Below are positions 14,814 to 22,354 of a stretch of 40,546 nucleotides of DNA, one piece after another. Source of the DNA: a virus. Position 1 is the stretch's first letter. The number at the start of each line of letters is the position of its first letter. Below the pieces are notes generated by a model. The model did not search any database and was not told the origin of the DNA. It was given only the letters and a program-made list of their open reading frames with translations. A program made the translations under genes and the position numbers. The stretch lies in the IMG/VR virus record IMGVR_UViG_3300045970_000141, positions 1-40,546 of that record. One strand, written 5' to 3'.

Positions 14814-16019
14814 ATGGCTTTCACCGCGAAGGAATCGGGAACCTGTACGCGCTGCAACGGAGAGATCAACGTTGGGGATCAGATCGTCATCTATAACCGG
14901 CCAAAGCCCCGTAGCCTGTTTCACGCCACGTGCCCCGACGAGGGTCGGCACACTCCCCCCGGTGTGGAGGGTCCGGAGGGCGAGCAGGAGGGTCAGGGAG
15001 GCAAGGGAAGGGGCGAGCAGGGCGAGCAGGAGGGCGAGGGTCAGGGCGAGGGTCAGGGCGAGCAGGAGGGCGAGGGCGAGCAGGAGGGAAGCGACAAGCC
15101 CCCCACGATCGACGCCATGATCGACGAGAAGGTTAAGGCTCGCGTCAAGGTCGAGATCGCAAAGGTAAAGGTTCCAGGTGGCGCCCCTACCCGGATCGAG
15201 ATCGTTCCCGTACAGGGTCCGCCGATCGACGTTACAGAAGATCACCCAGACGTTCCTCGGGTGATCAGGCTCTTCATGGCTGGCCTGTTTCCCTACCTCT
15301 GGGGGGATGCGGGGACGGGAAAGACCACTGCGCTTATGCGCGCTGCTACCATTCTCGGCGAAATGCAGGGCCGCACGATCGGCATGGAAATCGATACCCT
15401 CGATCGCTCTACCCCCCGATCAGCGATCCTCGGATACCGCACCCCTAACGGGGATCCGGTCCAGACCCCCTTTACCAGTAGCTACACCAACGGCGGGCTT
15501 CTCATTCACGACGAAATGGATAACGCCCCTGCATACGTTCAATCGATCCTTAACACTGCGCTGGCTAACGGGCATTCGCCTAGCGCGTGGGGCACGATCA
15601 AGCGGAACGCGGATTTCTTCTACTGTGCCGCTGGCAACACGCCATTCCGTCCTACGCCTAGGTTCCCCGATCGCTTGCCCGGATCGTTCGCCTACATGGA
15701 TCGGCTCTATTTCCTCCACTGGGAGCTAGACCAGAACATCGAACGGCGGGCTTGTGGGCGCCCTCCGGTCAAGCGTCAGGCTCGCAAGGTCGAAACCTGC
15801 TCGGCCGCAAGTTGGGGCGCGTGGGTCGAAGAGGTTAGGGAGTGGACCCGGGTCAACACCCCCACCATCCAGGTGACGCCTAGGGCGACGTTCGCGGGCT
15901 TGAAGGCACTGTCTGCAGGGGAGACGCCCCTCGAAGTAGCTCATGGCCTGATCTTCCGGGGGGCTGATAGCGCCCTGACGGGCAAGATCCTCGCAGCTAA
16001 CCCCTTGCCGAAGAGCTAG
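14814..16019 (+). CDS. AAA+ ATPase (MoxR/CobS/AAA_5-like) with an N-terminal CxxC..HxxC zinc finger and a (G/E/Q)n linker (401 aa).
   Basis: Walker A WGDAGTGKTT and Walker B LLIHDEMDNA. N-terminal C11-x2-C14-x22-H37-x2-C40. A low-complexity GEQ tract spans aa 51-92 (nt 14964-15089). Confidence 0.8.
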   Translation: MAFTAKESGTCTRCNGEINVGDQIVIYNRPKPRSLFHATCPDEGRHTPPGVEGPEGEQEGQGGKGRGEQGEQEGEGQGEGQGEQEGEGEQEGSDKPPTIDAMIDEKVKARVKVEIAKVKVPGGAPTRIEIVPVQGPPIDVTEDHPDVPRVIRLFMAGLFPYLWGDAGTGKTTALMRAATILGEMQGRTIGMEIDTLDRSTPRSAILGYRTPNGDPVQTPFTSSYTNGGLLIHDEMDNAPAYVQSILNTALANGHSPSAWGTIKRNADFFYCAAGNTPFRPTPRFPDRLPGSFAYMDRLYFLHWELDQNIERRACGRPPVKRQARKVETCSAASWGAWVEEVREWTRVNTPTIQVTPRATFAGLKALSAGETPLEVAHGLIFRGADSALTGKILAANPLPKS

Positions 16020-16021
16020 CC

Positions 16022-16864
16022 ATGGAACGAGGCAAGGGAAGCGACAAGACGTACCCTAGCTGGGGAGAGTACCTCCAAGCGGCAAGGGCGATCGACCCTG
16101 ACGCTTCCAGTACAGGCCACAAGGATAGGGATGCGAAGGAATGGGCTGGTGCGGCTTGCATCGGAGACGCGCTCAAGATCGCCGATCTGGGATGGGCGGA
16201 TGGGGCGCGTTTGGTGTCCGAAGTTAGCGCCCCTATCGTGGACCGGATCTCTAGCTCGCATATGGAAATCGGGGGGTGGGGGTGGGATGTCACTGGCGCC
16301 GATTTCGACGTAGGCGAGCTAATGACGGGCACCCCTGAGTGCTGGCTAACGCCTAACGAGATGCAGGCTAAGCCCGTGATCACGATCTCAGCCAACGTCA
16401 CTACCTCGGCCGGAATTCCTGCTCGCATGATCGAGCTAAGGGGAGCGGCCGTAGTGGCGCTAACCCTCGCCCTGCAAGCGGCCGGATACATCGTCCGAGT
16501 CTACAAGATCGAAGGCTATCCCGTAGGGTGGGGGAGCGAGCCGACGTTTCACCGCGCTTGCCTTTCGGACGATCAAGGGGGCCCGCTAGATACCGATCGC
16601 CTACTCTTCGCGCTGGCACACCCGGCTGCCGCTAGGCAAATCGGCTATTGCCTCGGCGCCATCCAAGGGGGAGGCAATCCCGGATCGCCCTTGGGAATGC
16701 CTAGCGACCCCCCTAAAGCGCTTGGCTGGCACGGGGATATCTACCTTCCGGCCGCGCTTAACAGTGACGCAAATTGGAACGACGAGGAAAGCGTATCCAG
16801 GTGGGTCGAAGGCCAGTATGAACGATTGACCGCTCCCCCGAAGGACGATCCGATCGGCACGTAG
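16022..16864 (+). CDS. Partner protein of the AAA+ ATPase (280 aa). Hypothetical; possibly a degenerate vWA-like fold.
   Basis: It is coupled to the ATPase by a TAG-CC-ATG junction. A central strand-helix-strand segment (VITISANVTTSAG...AVVALTLALQAAGYIVRVY) resembles a vWA core without a clear MIDAS motif. This is a weak call. Confidence 0.6.
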   Translation: MERGKGSDKTYPSWGEYLQAARAIDPDASSTGHKDRDAKEWAGAACIGDALKIADLGWADGARLVSEVSAPIVDRISSSHMEIGGWGWDVTGADFDVGELMTGTPECWLTPNEMQAKPVITISANVTTSAGIPARMIELRGAAVVALTLALQAAGYIVRVYKIEGYPVGWGSEPTFHRACLSDDQGGPLDTDRLLFALAHPAAARQIGYCLGAIQGGGNPGSPLGMPSDPPKALGWHGDIYLPAALNSDANWNDEESVSRWVEGQYERLTAPPKDDPIGT

Positions 16865-16876
16865 CTACAAGGCGAA

Positions 16877-16898
16877 ACGCCCCAGCTACAAGGGGCGT
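16877..16898 (+). other. Intercistronic stem-loop (7-bp GC stem, 8-nt loop) without a U-tract.
   Basis: ACGCCCC (16877-16883) pairs with GGGGCGT (16892-16898). Flanked by a duplicated GCTACAAGG. Confidence 0.4.
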
Positions 16899-16954
16899 AG
16901 GGGTGTCATGCGCCCCCTGACGAGCCTAGTCAGTAACCTAGAAAGGGAACAAAC

Positions 16955-17653
16955 ATGGAACAGGCAATTCAAGCGGGACTGGCACTAGACCTTACCGTCC
17001 GAGTGACAGGAGGAATTGAGTACAAGCGTCGAACGATCAAGAGCGAATGGCGCGAAGGGGGGGCCAAGGTCGAAGAATGGGAAACGGAGAAGATCACCCG
17101 TAACCCCGAAGAGCACGCGAAAGCGGTAAAGGTTCGAGCCGACGTTAGGAATTCCATCACTCGCCTTTGCGCCCGTACCCCGATCGGCGATCTCCTGCTC
17201 GTGCCCCCCGATCAAGAGGATAAGATCCGGATCGCGCTGGACGCCGCTAGCGCCATGATCGACGCTCACAATTCGAAGGCAACCCACCATTACGTTGTGC
17301 TGGGGTGCGTCCCTTCTAGGCTCGTTCCGGACGATCGCTGGACGCTCCGATCGATCTCAGGGGAGATCATGGCTACCCTCGGCATGATGGAAGCTGGGAT
17401 AGCCGGGGCGAACGTGGAGCGCATTCGCGAGGCATCCGATAGCGCTTGCAAGATCCTGCCGATGCTTACCCCTGCCGCTAGCAAGGCGATCGGGCTCGCG
17501 ATCGAAGAGGCAAGGCGTGCCGCTCGCGAGATCACCCGGAGGATCATCAAGGGCAACGAGGATCCGATCGATGTTATCCCCGAGATCCAGGAGCGGTCTA
17601 GCGCGATCGACGCGGCGAAGGTCACGTTCCTGGATAACGAAGGGAAGGGCTAG
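16955..17653 (+). CDS. Hypothetical protein (232 aa).
   Basis: ORF track. AAAGGGA SD upstream. Ends in a TAG-CC-ATG junction. Confidence 0.7.
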   Translation: MEQAIQAGLALDLTVRVTGGIEYKRRTIKSEWREGGAKVEEWETEKITRNPEEHAKAVKVRADVRNSITRLCARTPIGDLLLVPPDQEDKIRIALDAASAMIDAHNSKATHHYVVLGCVPSRLVPDDRWTLRSISGEIMATLGMMEAGIAGANVERIREASDSACKILPMLTPAASKAIGLAIEEARRAAREITRRIIKGNEDPIDVIPEIQERSSAIDAAKVTFLDNEGKG

Positions 17654-17655
17654 CC

Positions 17656-17865
17656 ATGCCTACGATCCGATTCTCCCCCTTCAAATCGATCGCCCCTACG
17701 TGGGTCGAGGGGCTTGCGCTGGCGCATATCCCTAGGCTCGGATGGCGCTTCGTCGACGTTACTACGGGCATGGAATCGATCTCATGCGTGGGGGAAACCT
17801 ACCGTACCCGGATGGAAGCACTCGCAGACCTGGATCGGTATAACCGAGAAATCTGGGGAGGCTAG
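17656..17865 (+). CDS. Hypothetical protein (69 aa).
   Basis: ORF track. Starts from a TAG-CC-ATG junction. Confidence 0.6.
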   Translation: MPTIRFSPFKSIAPTWVEGLALAHIPRLGWRFVDVTTGMESISCVGETYRTRMEALADLDRYNREIWGG

Positions 17866-17866
17866 C

Positions 17867-17959
17867 GTGGGTCCATACCAGACGCTCGCGATCTTCCTCG
17901 CGCCCTTCGTTCTACTGTCCCTCTGGCAAGCGTTCGGGCCCGACAGGGGAGACTACTAG
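17867..17959 (+). CDS. Micro-ORF encoding a 30-aa single-pass hydrophobic peptide.
   Basis: A GTG lies 1 nt after the upstream TAG. Translation is (M)GPYQTLAIFLAPFVLLSLWQAFGPDRGDY. It ends in a TAG-CC-ATG junction. Confidence 0.45.
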   Translation: MGPYQTLAIFLAPFVLLSLWQAFGPDRGDY

Positions 17960-17961
17960 CC

Positions 17962-18051
17962 ATGGAACACCACCTTGCCCGGGTCTACCTCGGGATCCTG
18001 CTCGAAACCGTGATCCTTTACGCCGTGATCCTGTTTCTGGTATCGCTCTAG
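17962..18051 (+). CDS. Micro-ORF encoding a 29-aa hydrophobic peptide.
   Basis: Translation is MEHHLARVYLGILLETVILYAVILFLVSL. It is the last ORF before the terminator. Confidence 0.45.
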   Translation: MEHHLARVYLGILLETVILYAVILFLVSL

Positions 18052-18102
18052 ACTCTAGCGGTCCCCGATCGGGTCCGTTCCCTTCCCTCCGGGGATACCG
18101 CG

Positions 18103-18139
18103 CCCCCCACTGGAATCGTCCGGTGGGGGGTCTTTCTTT
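18103..18139 (+). terminator. Rho-independent terminator of early operon 1.
   Basis: CCCCCCAC (18103-18110) pairs with GTGGGGGG (18123-18130) over a 12-nt loop, followed by TCTTTCTTT. Confidence 0.75.
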
Positions 18140-18222
18140 GCCCTAGGACGCACGCAAGCCCTCCGGGGATACCGGCGCACCCCTTATGCGGCTTGCGTGG
18201 CTATACGGGGCACTGGCGCGTT

Positions 18223-18534
18223 CTAGCGCGGTCCCTTGATAGCTTCCCGCAAGCGCCCGATCGCCCCTGCTACATCTTCGAGAGCGTCCACGACGCGCCT
18301 ATCCCGGATGGCGCTTCCCTCGGACGGGCCATCCAGTGCTGCTCGGTCGCGTAACAGCCGGTTCAGACGCTCCCCGTGCCTATCCTCGAAACCCAGGATA
18401 ACGCCCATCTGGGAGTCTCCCGCTAGGTCCACCAGGAACGTATCGAGCGCGGCTAGGTACTGGGCCCTGGATCCGAGTCTAGCGTTTGGCGTGCCCATCC
18501 GATCGCGCTCCCCTGGATCGCTAGGCTTTCGCAT
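18223..18534 (-). CDS. Hypothetical protein (103 aa).
   Basis: ORF track. Last gene of the leftward replication block. Confidence 0.55.
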   Translation of the reverse strand: MRKPSDPGERDRMGTPNARLGSRAQYLAALDTFLVDLAGDSQMGVILGFEDRHGERLNRLLRDRAALDGPSEGSAIRDRRVVDALEDVAGAIGRLREAIKGPR

Positions 18535-18784
18535 GGGCAGCCCTCCGCTTTTGCGCTCGGTTTCGGTCTACCGCGCCATCCGGCCGCCCCCTAGCCTTCG
18601 GTGCGTCCTTGTACCGGATAGCGGCCTTTCGCAGCCGGTCCCAGTAGTGGACTAGGGCGCTAACAGCCCCGGGATCCTTGCTCGACTCGTATACCTCGAC
18701 AGCGTAGGCATACTCGACCGCAGCGCTTCGCAGCACGAGCACCGGATTGGCCTTCGGGCCGGGCTTATTCCTCTTCGGTGGCAT
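18521..18784 (-). CDS. Hypothetical basic protein (87 aa).
   Basis: ORF track. Short overlaps with both neighbours. Confidence 0.55.
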   Translation of the reverse strand: MPPKRNKPGPKANPVLVLRSAAVEYAYAVEVYESSKDPGAVSALVHYWDRLRKAAIRYKDAPKARGRPDGAVDRNRAQKRRAAHAKA

Positions 18785-19148
18785 TGGGTACCTCGTTGAC
18801 GGCGATCCGAATGCTAGGGATCGTCTTGTGGTGATGCTTGTGGGCGTGCAAGGCCACTACCTGCCTATCGTTGCCATACACGACCCCCTCTAGGCTATCC
18901 AGAATCAGCTTGAGGGGTCCATCCAGATCGTTGCGTTTGGATCGGAACCAGATATCGACGGTCACCATGATCGGCGCCTCGGTTTCCGGATCGCGCCCTC
19001 GCATGGCTTTCTTCGCGAATGCGGATACCCTCCCCTTGAATTCCTTCCCCTCGGCATTCATCCAGAAACCGCCCCGGCCGGATCGGTAAGCGGCGTTCGT
19101 AGAGACTGTCGGCCCTGGAACCACAAACGCTATTGAGAATAGAGGCAT
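18765..19148 (-). CDS. rusA: RusA-family Holliday junction resolvase (127 aa).
   Basis: The segment NDLDGPLKLILDSLEGVVYGNDRQVV matches the RusA acidic catalytic-core pattern (D.D...K...D.L.g.vy.dD.qv). Size is typical. Confidence 0.78.
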   Translation of the reverse strand: MPLFSIAFVVPGPTVSTNAAYRSGRGGFWMNAEGKEFKGRVSAFAKKAMRGRDPETEAPIMVTVDIWFRSKRNDLDGPLKLILDSLEGVVYGNDRQVVALHAHKHHHKTIPSIRIAVNEVPNATEEE

Positions 19149-19152
19149 TCGC

Positions 19153-19743
19153 CTAACCCCACTGTTCGGCCATCGCGGCCGCGATGCCCTGGAAGGTTCT
19201 GGATCTCTCTCGCCATCGGTTCGGCCCCGGCGCCATTCGATGCACGCGAGCCACTCGATCGGTGACGATAGGTACCGGGGTTACCCCGAATGCTAGCTGT
19301 TCGGTAGCTGTCGGTATCAGGCGCGGCAGGTTCTTCAGCCAGAAACAGGTTGCCTTTAGCTCGCCATGCCCAAACATCCACGGCTGGATGATCTGGTCGG
19401 GTGGGCGGATCTTGGTCGAGATGACCGATATGGGATTCTCTAGCGCGATCTTGTGAATCGGCGCATCGAGCAGGGCTTGCACGAAAGCTATCGCCCGGTC
19501 CTGTCTACCATCTGCGATCTTCGCCGGGAAATGGCGCGACCCAGATACCGCCAGATCGGTGCAAGGCGGGTGGGCAATCATCAAGTCCCAACCCATGCCC
19601 AGATGCAGAAGGACATCCCCTTCGTGGTGATATGCCGGGTCGCCCTCGGTGGGTAGCAGGTCGACCGACCAAGCGTCGTGGCCTCGCGCCCGAAAAGCGT
19701 CCCGCACTATCGCGGAATATTCGCACGCCACTAGAACGCGCAT
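19153..19743 (-). CDS. Short DNA cytosine-5 methyltransferase-like protein (196 aa) with no evident target-recognition domain.
   Basis: PC motif (AHPPCTDLAVSG), ENV-like ALENP, and a C-terminal RSRTFQGIAAAMAEQW. The N-terminus MRVLVACEYSAIVRDAFRARGHDAWSVDL resembles a short phage methyltransferase family I recall. Confidence 0.7.
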   Translation of the reverse strand: MRVLVACEYSAIVRDAFRARGHDAWSVDLLPTEGDPAYHHEGDVLLHLGMGWDLMIAHPPCTDLAVSGSRHFPAKIADGRQDRAIAFVQALLDAPIHKIALENPISVISTKIRPPDQIIQPWMFGHGELKATCFWLKNLPRLIPTATEQLAFGVTPVPIVTDRVARVHRMAPGPNRWRERSRTFQGIAAAMAEQWG

Positions 19744-20667
19744 CTAGTCGTCATCCTGCTCGGCATCACACCAGGGAGCGGGAACCTGAATCGGCGGGTC
19801 CACTTGGATCGGTTCGGGATTCTCGGGCGTACTGGTCCGGTCATCCCAGCGGCACTCGGAGATCGACGAGTAGGGCTTCCACAGGTGGTAGAAGTAGGCG
19901 CCATTCGGGATATCAGCGTCTCCCTGTCGGATATGCCGCTTCTCCGCGATGATGCACACGCGGGCGATCTGCTCGATCTGGCCTGAGTTTTCGATGTCGG
20001 AGAGAACTGGCCGTACTTGGTCAGGGTTTTCGCTCTGGGATCTGCGCCTATCCCAATCGCGGTTCAGCTGGGTCATGGCGACGACCAGACACTCGGCCTT
20101 GCGCTGGGAAGCCCGAATCATGCGGAGGCCGTCCCCCATCACCTCGAACTTCTGGCCCTTGTCGTATGCGATCTCTCCCAGGTGGTCGATCAGCACGACG
20201 CTGTTCTTCGAGGCCATCTCGATCTTCTCGCAGACCTCGGCCACGTAGGGCTTTTCCATCCAGACCGTCCGGATATTCATCCACTTGTCCATCCGGTCTT
20301 TCGGGATACGGTCGATGATGTCGTCGAGCGTCCCCGACCGATACGCCGCCTGGACTTGGGGGAGCGGCGTTCTGGCTAGCACCGCGATAGCCCGCATATC
20401 GAACTCGGTTTCGTCGTCCTCTAGCCAGAACACGTTTACCTTGCGCCCGGTAAGCGCGATGTTGACGGCGAAGCGCACGGCGGTCGCGGTCTTGCCGTGG
20501 GAGGTTCTGGCGGCAATCACGCATAACTTGTGGCGCGGCAGGCCACCGTTCAGGATCTTGTCGAGCGTCCCGATCCCGGTGGGAATCAGGGGTGGAACCT
20601 CGATCTCCCCCGACCGGATTCTCGGGGCGTCCTGCTTCATCTGCATGATCCTGCGATAGCTGTTCAT
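19744..20667 (-). CDS. dnaB: DnaB-like replicative helicase, RecA-type C-terminal domain only (307 aa).
   Basis: The pattern TGIGTLDKILNGGLPRHKLCVIAARTSHGKTATA contains Walker A. VVLIDHLGE is Walker B-like, and LSDIENSGQIEQIARV is the DnaB signature. Confidence 0.85.
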   Translation of the reverse strand: MNSYRRIMQMKQDAPRIRSGEIEVPPLIPTGIGTLDKILNGGLPRHKLCVIAARTSHGKTATAVRFAVNIALTGRKVNVFWLEDDETEFDMRAIAVLARTPLPQVQAAYRSGTLDDIIDRIPKDRMDKWMNIRTVWMEKPYVAEVCEKIEMASKNSVVLIDHLGEIAYDKGQKFEVMGDGLRMIRASQRKAECLVVAMTQLNRDWDRRRSQSENPDQVRPVLSDIENSGQIEQIARVCIIAEKRHIRQGDADIPNGAYFYHLWKPYSSISECRWDDRTSTPENPEPIQVDPPIQVPAPWCDAEQDDD

Positions 20668-21587
20668 GGCTTCTTTCCTGAGTAGCTGTCGAGAGCTTCA
20701 AGCAAGGCTCGGCTGGACTCCGGCAAAGACGATACCGGTATCGGGGGCGGCTTCTTCTTGTTCGGGGCGTACTTGCTCTGGGCGGCGCGGAACCGGTTGA
20801 GGTTCTTCGTGGGGTAGAACTTGTCCTCCAGGAAGGATTCCCAGCGTCGGAGGGTTTCCGCGTCATCCCGGGTCACCTTCTGGACGGCCTTCAGGTCGCC
20901 AAGGGTCCGGTCGGGGATGTCGAGGTCTTCACCGGTTCGGTCGCGGTACTTCTGACGCATCGCGGCAACGAGCGCAGTGAGTTGTATGCTTTTCTCTGTC
21001 TGCTTCTGTCTTCCTCTGCTAGAGAGTATCCCTTGCTGTATACCAAGCTGTATCCGCTCCGGCGTTGGCTCTTGGTATTCTTTATAGTTTACGCGGACAT
21101 AGCGAGTGATGGTGTGTATACTCCCCTGTATACTCTGCTGTATACCAAGTAGGAGCCCTTTCTTGGTCAGCGCAGCGGTCGCCTTCTGGATGTTGGAGCG
21201 GGAGATAACCTCCCGTGACGACGACAGATACTCGGCTAGCTGCCCCACGGTGACGATCACCGACCCGTCATCCCCGGCGTTGTCCTCGACGTAGTGCAGG
21301 ATCTCGCGCTGAATCAGGGTACATCCCCGGTAGGTGCTGCCCTTGCGCCACTTCTTCCTCCAGGACTTCCGCCATGCTTTCGAGTCAGGCGGCGGTTGAG
21401 ACGGCGGCTTGCGAGCCACCTCCGGGCCCGTAGGGTCCGCTCTATCCGGCGTCTCCTCCACTCCCTGCGGGAAAAGGCCGCGCTGGACAGCAACGCCAGG
21501 TAGAGCCCTGATCTCGTCAGACCCAACGAACGGCAGGATCGAGCAACCAAAGCTGGTAGCTCCACTGCTGGAGCCTGCGCTAGCCAT
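20664..21587 (-). CDS. Replication initiator or helicase-loader-like protein with a winged-helix domain (307 aa).
   Basis: It lies immediately upstream of the DnaB-like gene with an ATGA overlap. A wHTH-like segment reads LIQREILHYVEDNAG..VTVGQLAEYLSSSREVISRSNIQKATAALTKKGLL. It contains internal iteron-like DNA repeats. The start is uncertain, with no SD at 21587. Confidence 0.6.
   Translation of the reverse strand: MASAGSSSGATSFGCSILPFVGSDEIRALPGVAVQRGLFPQGVEETPDRADPTGPEVARKPPSQPPPDSKAWRKSWRKKWRKGSTYRGCTLIQREILHYVEDNAGDDGSVIVTVGQLAEYLSSSREVISRSNIQKATAALTKKGLLLGIQQSIQGSIHTITRYVRVNYKEYQEPTPERIQLGIQQGILSSRGRQKQTEKSIQLTALVAAMRQKYRDRTGEDLDIPDRTLGDLKAVQKVTRDDAETLRRWESFLEDKFYPTKNLNRFRAAQSKYAPNKKKPPPIPVSSLPESSRALLEALDSYSGKKP
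21035..21149. repeat. Iteron-like repeats plus an AT-rich patch inside the initiator gene. Putative replication origin.
   Basis: Exact 13-mer GCTGTATACCAAG at 21035-21047 and 21137-21149. TGTATAC cores start at 21037, 21115, 21127 and 21139, the last three with a 12-bp period. A degenerate TGTATCC lies at 21049. The AT-rich stretch ggtattctttatagtttac lies at 21074-21092. Confidence 0.6.
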
Positions 21588-21714
21588 AGGAGGTACCGCC
21601 CGGGTTGTAGTGGGGGAAGAGCGCGACGAGGACTCGGTAGCACGCTGGGACAGTAAACGGTAGTTTTTCGATCGTCAAGCATCACGACCCTCCAGGATGA
21701 TCGGTTCCCCGGGG

Positions 21715-21760
21715 TGACGAAAATCGTCAACCCAAGAACGGCACCTGACGAGAAACGTCA
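21715..21760. promoter_or_regulatory. Two 15-bp palindromic boxes of form TGACG-N5-CGTCA, spaced 31 bp apart. Putative operators.
   Basis: TGACGAAAATCGTCA (21715-21729) and TGACGAGAAACGTCA (21746-21760) lie in the divergent intergenic region between the initiator gene and early operon 2. Confidence 0.6.
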
Positions 21761-21886
21761 CTCCCCGTGAGAGCGAAAGCCTAATGATTTCGCGAAACCG
21801 ATAGAGAGTAATCATTGGCCCGACCCCTGCATTACCTGAAATCGTCCGACACAATGGCGGGCCAAAGAAATAAACTCAAAGGGCCC

Positions 21887-21915
21887 TTGACTCTCAACTA
21901 CCACCGTTTTACGGT
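21887..21915 (+). promoter_or_regulatory. Candidate sigma70-like promoter for early operon 2.
   Basis: TTGACT (21887-21892), a 17-nt spacer, then TACGGT (21910-21915). Followed by an AAGGAAGGGG SD before the ATG at 21939. The -10 element is weak. Confidence 0.3.
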
Positions 21916-21938
21916 GGGCGCAAGGAAGGGGAATTCAA

Positions 21939-22352
21939 ATGGCAGATCCCAAGACGATCGCGGAGCTTCTTTCCTCGGCACGGAAGGCGCTGGAAGCAGA
22001 CGGCAGCCGTGAGAAGCAGAAGGTCACGATCGCCAACCTGCTCGTTGCCACCATGCCTGACGAGATCCGCGCTGTCGCGGCGACCTCGATCGAGGCGGTG
22101 GGGCTGGCAATCGACGCGGCCGACGAGATCTCCTCTCGCATCGGGGCCGAGCTGATGTTCAAGCTGATCGCGGACCCGCAGGCTGTCCACAAGTGCGAAT
22201 TCTCGCTGGCGTCGCTGGCGTCGGTCTGCTCGCAGAAGCAGATCCCGCTCCGCGCTGGCGAGGGTATCCCCACCGAGTCCAAGCCTGAGTCGAGGCCCGG
22301 AGAGAAGGCGCCTCTCGGCTTCCGTCCCACTCAGGCCCCGGCGAAGGCATAG
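21939..22352 (+). CDS. Hypothetical protein (137 aa).
   Basis: ORF track. Good SD. Ends in a TAG-CC-ATG junction. Confidence 0.7.
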   Translation: MADPKTIAELLSSARKALEADGSREKQKVTIANLLVATMPDEIRAVAATSIEAVGLAIDAADEISSRIGAELMFKLIADPQAVHKCEFSLASLASVCSQKQIPLRAGEGIPTESKPESRPGEKAPLGFRPTQAPAKA

Positions 22353-22354
22353 CC

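Noticed and set aside
14872-15136. Arg-rich ORFs 14872..15120 and 14930..15136 overlapping the GA-rich repeat.
   Set aside because: They are alternative-frame readings of the (GEQ)n-encoding low-complexity tract inside the AAA+ ATPase gene.
21815-22012. A 65-aa plus-strand ORF spanning the promoter region and the start of 21939..22352.
   Set aside because: It overlaps the well-supported gene out of frame, has no SD, and covers the predicted promoter and SD of the real gene.
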